A stretch of DNA of 56,885 bases from Gemmatimonadota bacterium (GTDB lineage Bacteria > Gemmatimonadota > Gemmatimonadetes > Gemmatimonadales > GWC2-71-9). The translations under genes were made by a program, and so were the position numbers. The notes under the pieces were generated by a model. That model did not search any database and was not told the DNA's origin. It was given only the letters and a program-made list of their open reading frames with translations. Positions 38,309 to 48,626 of the stretch are shown one piece after another (positions within the stretch are counted from its first letter, which is position 1; each line of letters opens with the position of its first letter). The stretch spans positions 1 through 56,885 of the forward strand of contig JBDHDE010000011.1 in assembly GCA_039591655.1 (NCBI GenBank), in the 5' to 3' direction.

Positions 38309-40702
38309 ATGGCAACGAAGCGCGCCACGAAACCGAAGAAGACCAAGCGGAAGTCGACCAAGACGCCGGCCGGGAAGAGAGCCAAGGCGTCGGGGCGGAA
38401 GACCGCGAAGAAGGCGGCGCGTAAGACGACGACAAAGGGACGCGGCGGGGACCGCACACTGGTTGTGGTCGAGTCACCTGCGAAGGCGCGCACCATCGGC
38501 AAGTATCTCGACCGAGGCTACACGGTGAAGGCCACCGTGGGACACCTCAGGGATCTTCCGCAGCGTGAGCTCGGGGTCGACGTCGAGAACGGCTTCACAC
38601 CCAAGTACGTCACCATCCGGGGCAAGGGGAAGCAACTCGCCGAGATCAAGCGGGCGGCCAAGACGTCCTCCCGGGTCCTGCTGGCGACCGACCCCGATCG
38701 CGAGGGCGAAGCGATCGCGTGGCACGTGGCGGAGCAGCTGGGCGACGGCTCCAAGATCCGGCGCGTGCGGTTCCACGAGATCACCCAGGAGGCGGTGCAG
38801 GACGCCCTGCACAACCCCGTCGACATCGACGACCAGAAGGTCGAGGCACAGCAGGCGCGGCGCATCCTCGACCGGCTCGTGGGCTACAAGGCGAGCCCGC
38901 TGTTGTGGCGGTCGGTGAAGACCGGGCTCTCGGCGGGCCGCGTGCAGACCGTCGCGCTGCGCCTGATCGTCGAGCGCGAGCAGGCGATCAGGGCCTTCAA
39001 GCCGCAGGAGTATTGGTCCATCGACGCGGAGCTCGAGGCCAAGAAGCGCCTGTTCGGAGCCAAGCTCCACAAGATCGACGGCAAGAAGCCGGCGCTGCAC
39101 TCCGAGCGGGAGGCCAAGGGGGTGGTGGATGCAGTGCGGGGCAAGCAGTTCGTCGTCACCGCCGTGCAGCGGAAGCAGCGGCGCAGGCGGCCGGCCCCGC
39201 CGTTCATCACCAGCACCATGCAGCAGGAGGCGGCGAAGCGGCTTGGCTTCTCGTCCAAGCGCACGATGCGCGCCGCGCAGCAGCTGTACGAGGGTGTGGA
39301 GATCGGGAAGGCGGGCGCCGTCGGCCTCATCACCTACATGCGGACGGACTCACCGCGAGTCGCACCCGGCGCCATCGAAGCGGTGCGGGAGTTCATCGCG
39401 GAACACTACGACGACCGCTACCTGCCCGAGAAGCCCAACCACTACCGCAGCCGGAAGACCGCCCGCGCCCAGGAAGCGCACGAGGCCATCCGACCCACCG
39501 ACGTGAGCCGGCGTCCCGCGGATGTACGGAAGCACCTCGCGCCGGACCAGTTCAAGCTCTACCGGCTCATCTGGCTGCGCTTCGTCGCGTCGCAGATGAC
39601 CCCGGCCGTGTACGACACCACCACCATCGACTTCGATATCGATAAGTTCCTCTTCCGTGCCACGGGCTCGGTGATGGTGTTCGACGGGTTCCACGTGCTC
39701 TACACCGATACGAAAGAGCCAGGTGAGGCGGAGACGTACGAGGACCTGGCGCCGGTGCCCGCGCTCGAGAAGGGCGACGAAGCCCGGGTGGCGAGCATCA
39801 CGCCCAACCAGCACTTCACCGAGCCGCCGCCCCGCTTCAGTGAGGCGAGCCTGGTGAAGGAACTGGAGCAGGACGGCATCGGGCGCCCCAGCACGTACAG
39901 CGCCATCATCTCCACGCTGCGGGAGCGCGGCTACGTGCGGGTGGAGAGCCGCCGCTTCCATCCCACCGACCTGGGTGAGACGGTCACCAAGGTGATGGTC
40001 AGCCGGTTCCCGGACATCTTCAACGTCGAGTTCACCTCCCAGATGGAGACCGAGCTCGACAAGGTGGAGGAAGGAGAGCTCGGCTGGCAGCGGGTGCTCG
40101 AGGACTTCTACGGCCCCTTCGAGAAGGCGCTGGCGTCCATCGACACGGCGGAGCTGATTCGCGAGGCGCACGACGTGGAGGAGATCGAGAAGGAGCCGTG
40201 CCCCGAGTGCGGCAGCAAGCTCACCGTGAAGAGCGGCCGGTTCGGTCCCTTCATCGCGTGCACCAAATACCCCGAGTGCCGCTTCACGAAGCCGCTCAAG
40301 CGTGACAAGGTGCCCGACCGGCCGACCGACGAGGTGTGCCGGGAGTGCGGTGCCCCGATGGTGATCAAGACGGGGCGCTACGGTGAATTCCTGGCGTGCA
40401 CGCAGTATCCCAAGTGCAAGCACACCCGGCCGATTCCGCTGGGGGTCGACTGCCCCAAGTGCGGCGAGGGCGACCTCGCCCAGCGGCGCACCAAGCGCGG
40501 GAGGTCGTTCTACGGCTGCACGCGATACCCCGACTGCGACTTCTCCGTCTGGTACCGCCCGGTGCCCGATATCTGCCCCGACTGCGGCAACGTGGGCGCC
40601 GAGCAACGCAGTACCAAGGCCCGGGGCGAGTATCGCCGCTGCCTCAAGTGCGGCAACGAGTTCACGGTCCAGGAGGCCGTCGCTGACGTAACCCCCCAGT
40701 GA
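38309..40702 (+). CDS. topA: DNA topoisomerase I with Lys-rich N-terminal tail and C-terminal Zn ribbons
   Basis: VVESPAKA, ATDPDREGEAI, SAGRVQT, LITYMRTDS, QEAHEAIRPT, GIGRPSTY; repeated CPxC...C..YP.C. Confidence 0.97.
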   Translation: MATKRATKPKKTKRKSTKTPAGKRAKASGRKTAKKAARKTTTKGRGGDRTLVVVESPAKARTIGKYLDRGYTVKATVGHLRDLPQRELGVDVENGFTPKYVTIRGKGKQLAEIKRAAKTSSRVLLATDPDREGEAIAWHVAEQLGDGSKIRRVRFHEITQEAVQDALHNPVDIDDQKVEAQQARRILDRLVGYKASPLLWRSVKTGLSAGRVQTVALRLIVEREQAIRAFKPQEYWSIDAELEAKKRLFGAKLHKIDGKKPALHSEREAKGVVDAVRGKQFVVTAVQRKQRRRRPAPPFITSTMQQEAAKRLGFSSKRTMRAAQQLYEGVEIGKAGAVGLITYMRTDSPRVAPGAIEAVREFIAEHYDDRYLPEKPNHYRSRKTARAQEAHEAIRPTDVSRRPADVRKHLAPDQFKLYRLIWLRFVASQMTPAVYDTTTIDFDIDKFLFRATGSVMVFDGFHVLYTDTKEPGEAETYEDLAPVPALEKGDEARVASITPNQHFTEPPPRFSEASLVKELEQDGIGRPSTYSAIISTLRERGYVRVESRRFHPTDLGETVTKVMVSRFPDIFNVEFTSQMETELDKVEEGELGWQRVLEDFYGPFEKALASIDTAELIREAHDVEEIEKEPCPECGSKLTVKSGRFGPFIACTKYPECRFTKPLKRDKVPDRPTDEVCRECGAPMVIKTGRYGEFLACTQYPKCKHTRPIPLGVDCPKCGEGDLAQRRTKRGRSFYGCTRYPDCDFSVWYRPVPDICPDCGNVGAEQRSTKARGEYRRCLKCGNEFTVQEAVADVTPQ

Positions 40703-42012
40703 ACGCAACCGTCGTCGGAGGGGGCCTCGCCGGATGCGAGGCCGCGTGGGCGCTGGCAGAGCGCGGCGTCGACGTCACCCTCTACGAGATGCGGCCGCAC
40801 ACCAAGACGCCAGCCCACCAGACGGACGACCTCGCCGAGATCGTCTGCAGCAACACGTTCAAGTCACTGGAGCTCGCGAACGCCCACGGGTTGCTGAAGG
40901 CCGAGTTGCGTCTGCTGGGCAGTCTCCTCATGCAGGTCGCGGAGACCGCGCAGATCCCCGGGGGCGCGGCGCTCACGGTGGATCGGGCCGTGTTCAGCCG
41001 GGAGGTGACCCGGCGCATCGAGGGCCACCCCCGCATCACCGTGGCGCGGGAGGAAATCACGCACCTGCCGTCGCCGGCGGTGGTCGCCACCGGCCCGCTG
41101 ACGTCGGATCGCCTGGCGGAGGCCGTCGCCGCTCGGCTGGGTGCGGCGTCGCTGGCGTTCTACGACGCCATCGCCCCCATCGTGAGTGGCGAGTCACTGG
41201 ATCACTCACGGCTCTATCGCCTCTCACGCTACGGCAAGGGAGGCGGCGACGACTATCTCAACGCAGCGCTGGACCGGGATGGCTATGAGGACTTCGTCTC
41301 GGCGCTGATCTCCGCGGATCAGTATGCCGAACACGAGTTCGACACCGTGCCGTACTTCGAGGGATGCCTCCCGCTCGAGGAGATGGCGCAGCGGGGGCGG
41401 GAAACGCTGCGGTTCGGCCCGCTCAAGCCGGTGGGGTTGCCCGACCCCCGCATGGAACGCGAGCCCCACGCGGTGCTACAGTTGCGCATGGAAGATGCGT
41501 CGGGCCAGATGTGGAACCTGGTAGGCTGCCAGACGAGGCTGCGCATTCCCGAGCAGAGGCGCATCTTCAGGATGATCCCGGGGTTGAGCGACGCGGAGTT
41601 CTATCGCTACGGCAGCGTGCACCGCAACACGTACTTGAACACACCGGCCTCGCTGACGGCGTATCTCGCCGCGCGGGACGACGAGCGGCTGCTCTTCGCC
41701 GGGCAGCTGGTGGGCGTGGAGGGCTACACCGAATCGCTGGCCACCGGTCTGCTGGCGGGCATCAACCTGGCGCGGCTGCTCGAGGGGTCGGCGCCCATCG
41801 TGCCGCCGCCGGAGACGATGCTCGGTGCGCTCCTCTGTTACGTGCACGGAGCCGACCCCGGCCGCTTCCAGCCCATGAATGCCAACTTTGGCCTGCTGTC
41901 GCCGCTCGCGACCCAGGTGCGGGACAAGCGGAAGCGTAAGCAGCTCCTCGCCGACCGCGCCCTCGGGGCGATGCGGGATTTCGCGACGCAGGCGGCGGTC
42001 GTGGCAGCATGA
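40699..42012 (+). CDS. trmFO: Folate/FAD-dependent tRNA (uracil-5)-methyltransferase TrmFO
   Basis: VVGGGLAGCEAA, YEMRP, EIVCSN, ATGPLTS, FYDAIAPIV, YFEGCLP, LRFGPLKPVGL, HRNTY, AGQ..GVEGY, FQPMNANFGL. Confidence 0.95.
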   Translation: MNATVVGGGLAGCEAAWALAERGVDVTLYEMRPHTKTPAHQTDDLAEIVCSNTFKSLELANAHGLLKAELRLLGSLLMQVAETAQIPGGAALTVDRAVFSREVTRRIEGHPRITVAREEITHLPSPAVVATGPLTSDRLAEAVAARLGAASLAFYDAIAPIVSGESLDHSRLYRLSRYGKGGGDDYLNAALDRDGYEDFVSALISADQYAEHEFDTVPYFEGCLPLEEMAQRGRETLRFGPLKPVGLPDPRMEREPHAVLQLRMEDASGQMWNLVGCQTRLRIPEQRRIFRMIPGLSDAEFYRYGSVHRNTYLNTPASLTAYLAARDDERLLFAGQLVGVEGYTESLATGLLAGINLARLLEGSAPIVPPPETMLGALLCYVHGADPGRFQPMNANFGLLSPLATQVRDKRKRKQLLADRALGAMRDFATQAAVVAA

Positions 42013-42974
42013 CTCCGCGGCGGGTTCGCACGGTCGGGCGCGCCCGGGGAGCGCGCCCCGAGATAGGCGAGTTTCTCACCTTCTTGGAGAAGGAGCGGAA
42101 CGATTCGCCGAACACGGTCAAGGCGTACGCCCGCGACCTCGAGGCGTTCAGGGATTTCTGCGATGAGTACTACGGTGGTGGGGGACGGTGGCGCTGGGCA
42201 ACGGTCGACCGGCTGGCGGTGCGGAGTTTCATGGGCGAGCTGAAGCGGCGGGGGCTGGCGAAGCGAACCATCGCCCGCGCCGTGTCGGTGCTGCGCAGCT
42301 TCTACCAGTTCCTGGGCGTGCGGTACGAGATCGAGCAGAACCCCGCCAAGGGCGTCCGGCTGCCGAAGCTCGAGAGCCGGTTGCCGGCGGTCCTCGACCG
42401 GTCGCAGATCGAGGAACTGTTCCGCCACGCAGAGGCCCTGGCCGCCGAGGGCGGCTTCCGGGGAACACGGGACTTGGCGATCCTGGAGCTGTTCTACGCG
42501 ACGGGCATGCGCCTGTCCGAGGTCGCGGGCCTCAACCTGGCGGACGTGGATGTTGTCTCGGAGCAGGTGAAGGTGCGGGGGAAGGGCCGCAAGGAGCGCA
42601 TCGTGCCGCTGGGGAGCTACGCGATCGAGGCCCTGCGGCGCTACTACGCGGAGCGCGATGAGCTGGTGACCCGCGTGTCGTCGGGACGCGCGGACCGCCG
42701 CGCCGCATTCCTATCTCAACAGGGCAAGCGGCTCTCGCCCCGGGGCGTCCAGCTCGTCGTGCGCCGCTTCCTGCAAGTCCTTGGCGAGAGCGTCGGGTAC
42801 CGGGTCCACACCCTGCGGCACAGCTTTGCCACGCACCTGCTGGACGCCGGCGCCGATCTTCGGGCGGTGCAAGAGCTCCTGGGACACGCCTCTCTCTCCA
42901 CGACGCAGGTGTACACGCACACCAGCGTAGCGCGGTTGAAGCAGGTGTACGACAAAGCGCACCCGCGGGCCTGA
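42009..42974 (+). CDS. xerC: Tyrosine recombinase XerC
   Basis: SPNTVKAYARDL, RDLAILELFYATGMRLSE, GKGRKERIVP, HTLRHSFATHLL..GADLRAVQELLGHASLSTTQVYTH; topA-trmFO-xerC-hslVU context. Confidence 0.9.
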   Translation: MTPRRVRTVGRARGARPEIGEFLTFLEKERNDSPNTVKAYARDLEAFRDFCDEYYGGGGRWRWATVDRLAVRSFMGELKRRGLAKRTIARAVSVLRSFYQFLGVRYEIEQNPAKGVRLPKLESRLPAVLDRSQIEELFRHAEALAAEGGFRGTRDLAILELFYATGMRLSEVAGLNLADVDVVSEQVKVRGKGRKERIVPLGSYAIEALRRYYAERDELVTRVSSGRADRRAAFLSQQGKRLSPRGVQLVVRRFLQVLGESVGYRVHTLRHSFATHLLDAGADLRAVQELLGHASLSTTQVYTHTSVARLKQVYDKAHPRA

Positions 42975-42980
42975 GCTCAC

Positions 42981-45900
42981 ATGCGAACCGTTCTCTACGC
43001 GCTGTTCACGCTCTCGGGAGCCGCCGGCCTCATCTACGAGATGGGGTGGTCGCGCTACCTGGCGCTGTTCCTGGGGCACAGCGCGTACGCCCAGGTCCTG
43101 GTCATCGGCATCTTCCTCGGGGGGATGGCCCTGGGCGCCCTGGCTGTCGGCGCCAGGACCGAGCGGTGGCGCGACCCGCTGATGTGGTACGTCGGCGCCG
43201 AGGTGGCCATCGGGCTGATCGGCTTCCTGTTCCACGACGTGTACCTGGTGACCACCGGCTTCGCCTATGACGTGGTCTTCCCGGCGCTGGCCGGCACCGT
43301 CCTGCTGACTCCCTTCAAGTGGATGCTCGCAGCGTTCCTCATCCTGCCCCAATCGATCCTGTTGGGAGCGACGTTCCCCCTGATGGCCGCAGGTGTGCTG
43401 CGACGGACAGGTGAGAGACCGGGTGGGGTGCTGGCGTGGCTCTACTTCACCAACAGCTTCGGTGCGGCAGTCGGCGTCCTCTTGGCGGGTTTCGTGCTCC
43501 TCGCGTGGGCCGGTCTGCCGGGTACGCTGCTCGTAGCCGCGATCATCAATCTGACAGTGGCGTTGATCGCCCTGTCTGTCGCCCGGCGGGTTGCTGCCGC
43601 CGGGAAGCTGCAGATCTCAGAGGTCGCCACCGGTGTGCCCACCGAAGTGCCGGAGGCCCCGGCGCTTCCCGTTGAGCGGCTCACCCGGCTGCTGCTCGCG
43701 GTGAGCTTCGGGACGGCGGTGGCCTCGTTCGCCTACGAGATCGGCTGGCTGCGCATGCTGGCGCTGGTGCTGGGGAGTGCCACACACTCCTTCGAGCTGA
43801 TGCTGTCCGCGTTCATCCTGGGATTGGCGGCGGGCTCGTTCTGGGTGCGGCGCCGGGCGGATGGCTGGCGCCGGCCGCTAAGGGTGTTGGGGATCGTGCA
43901 GCTCGCCATGGGGGCTTGTGCACTGGCCACGTTGACGTTGTACGGGGCTTCCTTCTACTGGACGGCCGGGCTGCTCGCGACGTTCGCGCCCTCGGAAGCG
44001 GGGTACGTCGGCTTCACCCTGGCCCGCTACGGTGTCTGCCTCGCCATCATGTTCCCCGCGTCGTTCTGCGCCGGGATGACCCTGCCGCTGATCACCCGCA
44101 CCCTGTTGATGGCGCGGGTGGGGGAGCGGTCCATCGGCGCCGTGTACGGGGTGAACACTCTCGGTGCGATCGTCGGCGTGGCGCTGGCCGGCCTCGTGCT
44201 CCTTCCGTGGGTCGGCCTCAAAGGTGTCATCGTGGGTGGCGCGTCGCTGGATCTGGCCCTGGGCGTCCTGGTACTGATGACCGACGCCGGGCGCAGTGTG
44301 GTTGCGCGGCGGCTGGCCTACGGCGGCCTCACGGTCGCCGTGGTGCTCGCGGGGGTAGGAGCCCTCTCCCCAGGATTCGACCGGCGTCTGCTCATCAGCG
44401 GTGTCTACCGCCATGGCCTGATTCCCGAGGAGGGTGACTTCACGAGCCTGTTCTACCGGGACGGCCGCACGGCGACGGTCGACGTAACGCAGAATCACAC
44501 CCTGGGCCACGTGTCGATCCACACCAACGGAAAGCCGGACGCGTCGCTCCCCGACTACTGGTTCGCTGCCTGCAACGACACGACGCCGCGTCACCCGCTA
44601 GGCTCCGACGCCGCGACCCAGGCCCTCACATCGCTGTTCGCCCTGGCCCATGCGCCGGACGCTCGGGTGGCGGCGGTGGTCGGCCAGGGCTCGGGGATGT
44701 CCTCGCACTTCCTGCTGGGGAGCCCGCGGCTCGAGGAGGTGGTGACCGTGGAGATCGAGCGGGAGATGGTGCGGGGCTCGAGGGAGTTCTATCCGCCCAA
44801 TCGACGGGTGTTCGACGATCCGCGCTCGACCATCGTGATCGCGGACGCCAAGACGTACTTTGCCGCGGCCAACCGCCAGTTCGACATCATCCTCTCCGAG
44901 CCATCCAACCCCTGGGTCAGCGGCGTCGCGAGCCTCTTCACCACGGAGTTCTACCGGCACGTGATGCGCTATCTGGCCGACGACGGCGTGTTTGGGCAGT
45001 GGCTGCAACTGTACGAGATCGACGATGCCCTGGTTCTGACGGTGCTGGCGGCGATCCACCAGAGCTTCGGTGCCTACGAGGTCTTCCTGACGCGCGGCAC
45101 TGACCTGCTGGTGGTGGCGAGCCCGGGGCCGGAGTTGCGCCGTCCCGACTGGTCGGTGGTCGAGCTGGAGCCCATCGCCGGGGATCTGTGTCACAACCTG
45201 CCACTAGCGCCAGAGGCATTGGAGGCCGCCCGGCTCACGCACCGCGGTGCGTTGGCGCCCTTGCTGGACGGCATGCGGAGGCCAAACTCCGACTTCTATC
45301 CGGTACTGGACCTCGGGGCCGAGCGCAGCCGCTTCCTGCGGACCCGCGCCGACGGCTTCCAGGCCCTGCCGCTGCAGCCGTTCGAGTTCACGGCGCCGTT
45401 CTTCGAGCGCCGCTCCCCGCCGGGAACGGTGCACCCGGCGCCCATCGCGGAGTTGCCGCGGGCAGAGGCCCTGGCCCTGGGCGCCGCGCTGCGCGATGGC
45501 GGGAGCCCCGGACCGCAAGGCGAATCCGGGTGGGACCGCCGGGTAAGGCGGGCCCGCTACCGGCTGGCGCAGTGGGAGGCGCTCCTGGCGAGCGGTGAGC
45601 CGCCGGCGGACTGGATGACCTGGCTGGCGAACTTCAACGTGGTGGACCAGGACCGGAACACGGGGACGGCCGGCTATCTGGATGAGGGGTTGTACGGCGC
45701 CGCCTTCGCGTTCATGGACCGCCACGATGCTCCTCCCATGGTGCGGGAGGTGCTGGTGTTCCGGCGCGGCCTCGCCACGTGGGACTTCGCCGCGGCTTCC
45801 GAGGCCGCGTGGGCGCTGCTGGAGGGCGGTGCCCATCTCCGGGGCTTGATCGTCAGCGACGACCTGCTGGACGGCGGGGTGGTCGCAATGTTGCTGAGCG

Positions 45901-46031
45901 GCGACGTCGAGCGGGCTCGCCTGTTATACCGGTCGCTCGTGGGCTCCCGGCGGCGGAGCCCCGGCGATGTGCGCTCCAGACTCGTCGCAGCGTACCTGCG
46001 TTGGTATAGTGAAGAGGGGGACGGGACGTGA
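42981..46031 (+). CDS. Multi-TM membrane protein fused to a spermidine synthase-like SAM-binding domain
   Basis: Two TM repeats ([12 protein letters not shown]...G / [10 protein letters not shown]...G), then [45 protein letters not shown]. Confidence 0.8.
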   Translation: MRTVLYALFTLSGAAGLIYEMGWSRYLALFLGHSAYAQVLVIGIFLGGMALGALAVGARTERWRDPLMWYVGAEVAIGLIGFLFHDVYLVTTGFAYDVVFPALAGTVLLTPFKWMLAAFLILPQSILLGATFPLMAAGVLRRTGERPGGVLAWLYFTNSFGAAVGVLLAGFVLLAWAGLPGTLLVAAIINLTVALIALSVARRVAAAGKLQISEVATGVPTEVPEAPALPVERLTRLLLAVSFGTAVASFAYEIGWLRMLALVLGSATHSFELMLSAFILGLAAGSFWVRRRADGWRRPLRVLGIVQLAMGACALATLTLYGASFYWTAGLLATFAPSEAGYVGFTLARYGVCLAIMFPASFCAGMTLPLITRTLLMARVGERSIGAVYGVNTLGAIVGVALAGLVLLPWVGLKGVIVGGASLDLALGVLVLMTDAGRSVVARRLAYGGLTVAVVLAGVGALSPGFDRRLLISGVYRHGLIPEEGDFTSLFYRDGRTATVDVTQNHTLGHVSIHTNGKPDASLPDYWFAACNDTTPRHPLGSDAATQALTSLFALAHAPDARVAAVVGQGSGMSSHFLLGSPRLEEVVTVEIEREMVRGSREFYPPNRRVFDDPRSTIVIADAKTYFAAANRQFDIILSEPSNPWVSGVASLFTTEFYRHVMRYLADDGVFGQWLQLYEIDDALVLTVLAAIHQSFGAYEVFLTRGTDLLVVASPGPELRRPDWSVVELEPIAGDLCHNLPLAPEALEAARLTHRGALAPLLDGMRRPNSDFYPVLDLGAERSRFLRTRADGFQALPLQPFEFTAPFFERRSPPGTVHPAPIAELPRAEALALGAALRDGGSPGPQGESGWDRRVRRARYRLAQWEALLASGEPPADWMTWLANFNVVDQDRNTGTAGYLDEGLYGAAFAFMDRHDAPPMVREVLVFRRGLATWDFAAASEAAWALLEGGAHLRGLIVSDDLLDGGVVAMLLSGDVERARLLYRSLVGSRRRSPGDVRSRLVAAYLRWYSEEGDGT

Positions 46032-46072
46032 GGACACCGCCGATGTCTCGAGAGAGGGGACGGGGAGACCCG

Positions 46073-46618
46073 ATGACGCGATCGCAAACGCGCTCCACCA
46101 CCATCCTGTGCGTCCGGCGCGAGGGCCGGGTGGCCATGGGCGGAGACGGGCAGGTCACGGTGGGCGAGACGGTGATGAAGGCCCATGCGAACAAGGTGCG
46201 GACGCTGGCCGGCGGGAAGGTGGCGGCGGGGTTCGCCGGTGCCGCCGCGGACGCCTTCACCCTGTTCGAGAAGTTCGAGGAGAAGCTCGAGCGGTTTCCC
46301 GGCAACCTGTCCCGCGCGTCCGTCGAGCTCGCCAAGGACTGGCGCAGCGACCGGGTGCTGCGGCGACTCGAAGCGCTCCTGGCCGTGGCGAACACCGAGC
46401 ACAGTTACCTGTTGAGCGGCAGCGGTGAGCTGATCGAGCCGGACGACGGGCTTCTCGCCATCGGCAGCGGTGGCAACTATGCCCTGGCCGCGGCGCGGGC
46501 GCTGCTCGAGCATACGGATCTGGAAGCGCGGGAGATCGTGCAGCGGGCGCTCGAGATCGCCGCCGACATCTGCGTGTTTTCCAACAGCAACATCTCCATC
46601 GTCGAGTTGAGCAAGTAG
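46073..46618 (+). CDS. hslV: ATP-dependent protease peptidase subunit HslV
   Basis: TTIL (catalytic Thr), [44 protein letters not shown]. Confidence 0.95.
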   Translation: MTRSQTRSTTILCVRREGRVAMGGDGQVTVGETVMKAHANKVRTLAGGKVAAGFAGAAADAFTLFEKFEEKLERFPGNLSRASVELAKDWRSDRVLRRLEALLAVANTEHSYLLSGSGELIEPDDGLLAIGSGGNYALAAARALLEHTDLEAREIVQRALEIAADICVFSNSNISIVELSK

Positions 46619-46623
46619 TCGCC

Positions 46624-48180
46624 ATGACGTCTGAGCCGAAGCCCATCGAGGAAAAGCTGGAGGCCCTGGACACGGGGCCTGAGCCGCTGCCGTGGCTGGA
46701 GGAGCTTCCGCCCCGGCAGATAGTGGCGGAGCTGGATCGCTACATCGTGGGGCAGGGCGGCGCGAAGAAGGCCGTGGCCATCGCCATCCGCAACCGGTGG
46801 CGCAGGCAGCAGGCTCCCGAGGGGATCCGGGACGAGATCCTGCCCAACAACATCATCATGATCGGCCCCACGGGGGTGGGGAAGACCGAGATCGCCCGAC
46901 GACTGGCGCGCCTCGCGGGTGCGCCGTTCCTCAAGGTCGAGGCGTCGAAGTTCACCGAGGTGGGCTACGTGGGCCGCGACGTGGAGTCCATGGTGCGCGA
47001 CCTGGTGGACGCGTCGGTCAACATGGTGCGGAGCGAGCGGGAGGACGACGTCTACCCCACCGCGGAGAAGCGGGCGGAGGAGCGCCTCCTGGACCTCCTG
47101 CTCCCGATCGCGCCCAAGAAGCGCGTGAAGGTGGAGCGCCGGGTAGAGCCCCCGGCGGAGGGCGAGAGGGAGGGCGAGGGGGAGGGGGAGGAGGCGAAGG
47201 AGGCCGAGGAGTCCAAGCAGTTGTTCGTGGTCTCGTCATCGGGTGAGGTGCGCCGTGACGAGTCGGACGAAGAGGTGCTGGACGAGGAGCAGCGCCGGAC
47301 CCGCACGCGGGAGAAGCTTCGCAAGCTGCTCCAGGACGGAAAGCTCGAGGAGCGCGAGGTCGAGATCGAGGTCACTCAGCATGGCATGCCGGGCATCGAG
47401 TTCATGACCTTCCCCCAGGGCATGGAGGGTCCCGATTTCAACTTCAGCGAGATGCTGCAGGACATGCTGCCGAAGCGCACCAAGAAGCGGGTGGTGCGCA
47501 TGAGCGAGGCGCGGCGGATCCTCATTGACGAGGAGCTGCGCAAGCTGGTGGACATGGACGACGTGGTTAACGAGGCTCTCGATCGGGTCGAGAACCATGG
47601 AATCGTCTTTATCGATGAGCTGGACAAGATCGCTGGGGAGCGGGGGCAGATGGGTCCGGACGTGTCGCGCGAGGGCGTGCAGCGGGATCTCCTCCCCATT
47701 GTCGAAGGCTCCACTGTCCAGACGCGCTATGGGTACGTGCGCACCGACCACGTGCTGTTCGTCGCGGCCGGTGCGTTCCACGTCGCCAAGCCGTCCGATC
47801 TGATCCCCGAGCTGCAGGGGAGGTTCCCCATCCGTGCCGAGCTTTCCTCTCTCGGGCAGGAAGAGTTCGTGCGGATCATGACCGAGCCGGAGAACTCGCT
47901 GATCAAGCAGTACCAGGCCCTGTGTGGTGCGGAGGGAGCCGAGCTCACGTTCGCGGACGACGGCGTCGCGGAGATCGCGCGGATCGCGATGATCATGAAC
48001 GAGCGGACGGAGAACATCGGCGCACGACGGCTCCATACGGTCATGACCACGCTGCTGGAGGATGTGCTCTTCAACCTTCCCGACGTCGACGACAAGCACA
48101 TCTTGTTCGATCAGGGACAGGTGCGGGAACAGCTGATGCGGATCGTCGAGGACGAGGACTTGCGGAAGTACATCCTCTAG
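46624..48180 (+). CDS. hslU: ATP-dependent protease ATPase subunit HslU
   Basis: [64 protein letters not shown]-terminal YIL. Confidence 0.97.
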   Translation: MTSEPKPIEEKLEALDTGPEPLPWLEELPPRQIVAELDRYIVGQGGAKKAVAIAIRNRWRRQQAPEGIRDEILPNNIIMIGPTGVGKTEIARRLARLAGAPFLKVEASKFTEVGYVGRDVESMVRDLVDASVNMVRSEREDDVYPTAEKRAEERLLDLLLPIAPKKRVKVERRVEPPAEGEREGEGEGEEAKEAEESKQLFVVSSSGEVRRDESDEEVLDEEQRRTRTREKLRKLLQDGKLEEREVEIEVTQHGMPGIEFMTFPQGMEGPDFNFSEMLQDMLPKRTKKRVVRMSEARRILIDEELRKLVDMDDVVNEALDRVENHGIVFIDELDKIAGERGQMGPDVSREGVQRDLLPIVEGSTVQTRYGYVRTDHVLFVAAGAFHVAKPSDLIPELQGRFPIRAELSSLGQEEFVRIMTEPENSLIKQYQALCGAEGAELTFADDGVAEIARIAMIMNERTENIGARRLHTVMTTLLEDVLFNLPDVDDKHILFDQGQVREQLMRIVEDEDLRKYIL

Positions 48181-48188
48181 ACTCGGCG

Positions 48189-48460
48189 CTCGCGGGTGTG
48201 ACCCACTGCCGCGACTCCTGCGCTCGTGGGAGGGACCTACCTTCGCGAACTGCAGTTCGCCCGTCTTCCTAGGGCTTCCCGCCTTCCTCGCAATCGGTTT
48301 CCCTCCATTCGCAGGCGCCCGTCCCAACGCGCTGCACTGACGTTCGCTCCGGCAGGGCCCTCCCACTCGCTGCGCCCGCACTGACATTCGCTCCAGTGGG
48401 TCACACCCGCTCGCTCACCACCTTCGACTGCACTGACGTTCGCTCCGGCCCCTGCCACTT
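48189..48460. repeat. Structured intergenic repeat, copy 3
   Basis: Perfect IR 48192-48208/48394-48410; inner IR 48226-48241/48351-48366 (2 mismatches); palindrome 48245-48260; core copies at 48329, about 48378 (variant) and about 48428. Confidence 0.85.
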
Positions 48461-48555
48461 GCCTGGTCCCTTCCTTCTTTCGCATCACGTCGCGCGCGCC
48501 ACACTCGGCCAATGGGGCAGGGCCACCCCGGCGCGGAAGCGCCGGTATTCCCGTC

Positions 48556-48584
48556 TTTACACCCGGTTGACGGGCAGGTAGAAT
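48556..48584 (+). promoter_or_regulatory. Sigma70 promoter upstream of argF
   Basis: TTTACA, 17-nt spacer, TAGAAT. Confidence 0.6.
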
Positions 48585-48626
48585 CAGTCGGATAGTCTGT
48601 CATTTTGACCTACCTCAGTGATTCAT

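Noticed and set aside
42009..42974. Tyrosine recombinase as a phage or island integrase, or a pilin invertase
   Set aside because: Sequence and topA-trmFO-hslVU context fit housekeeping XerC; no att sites, tRNA or phage genes were seen.
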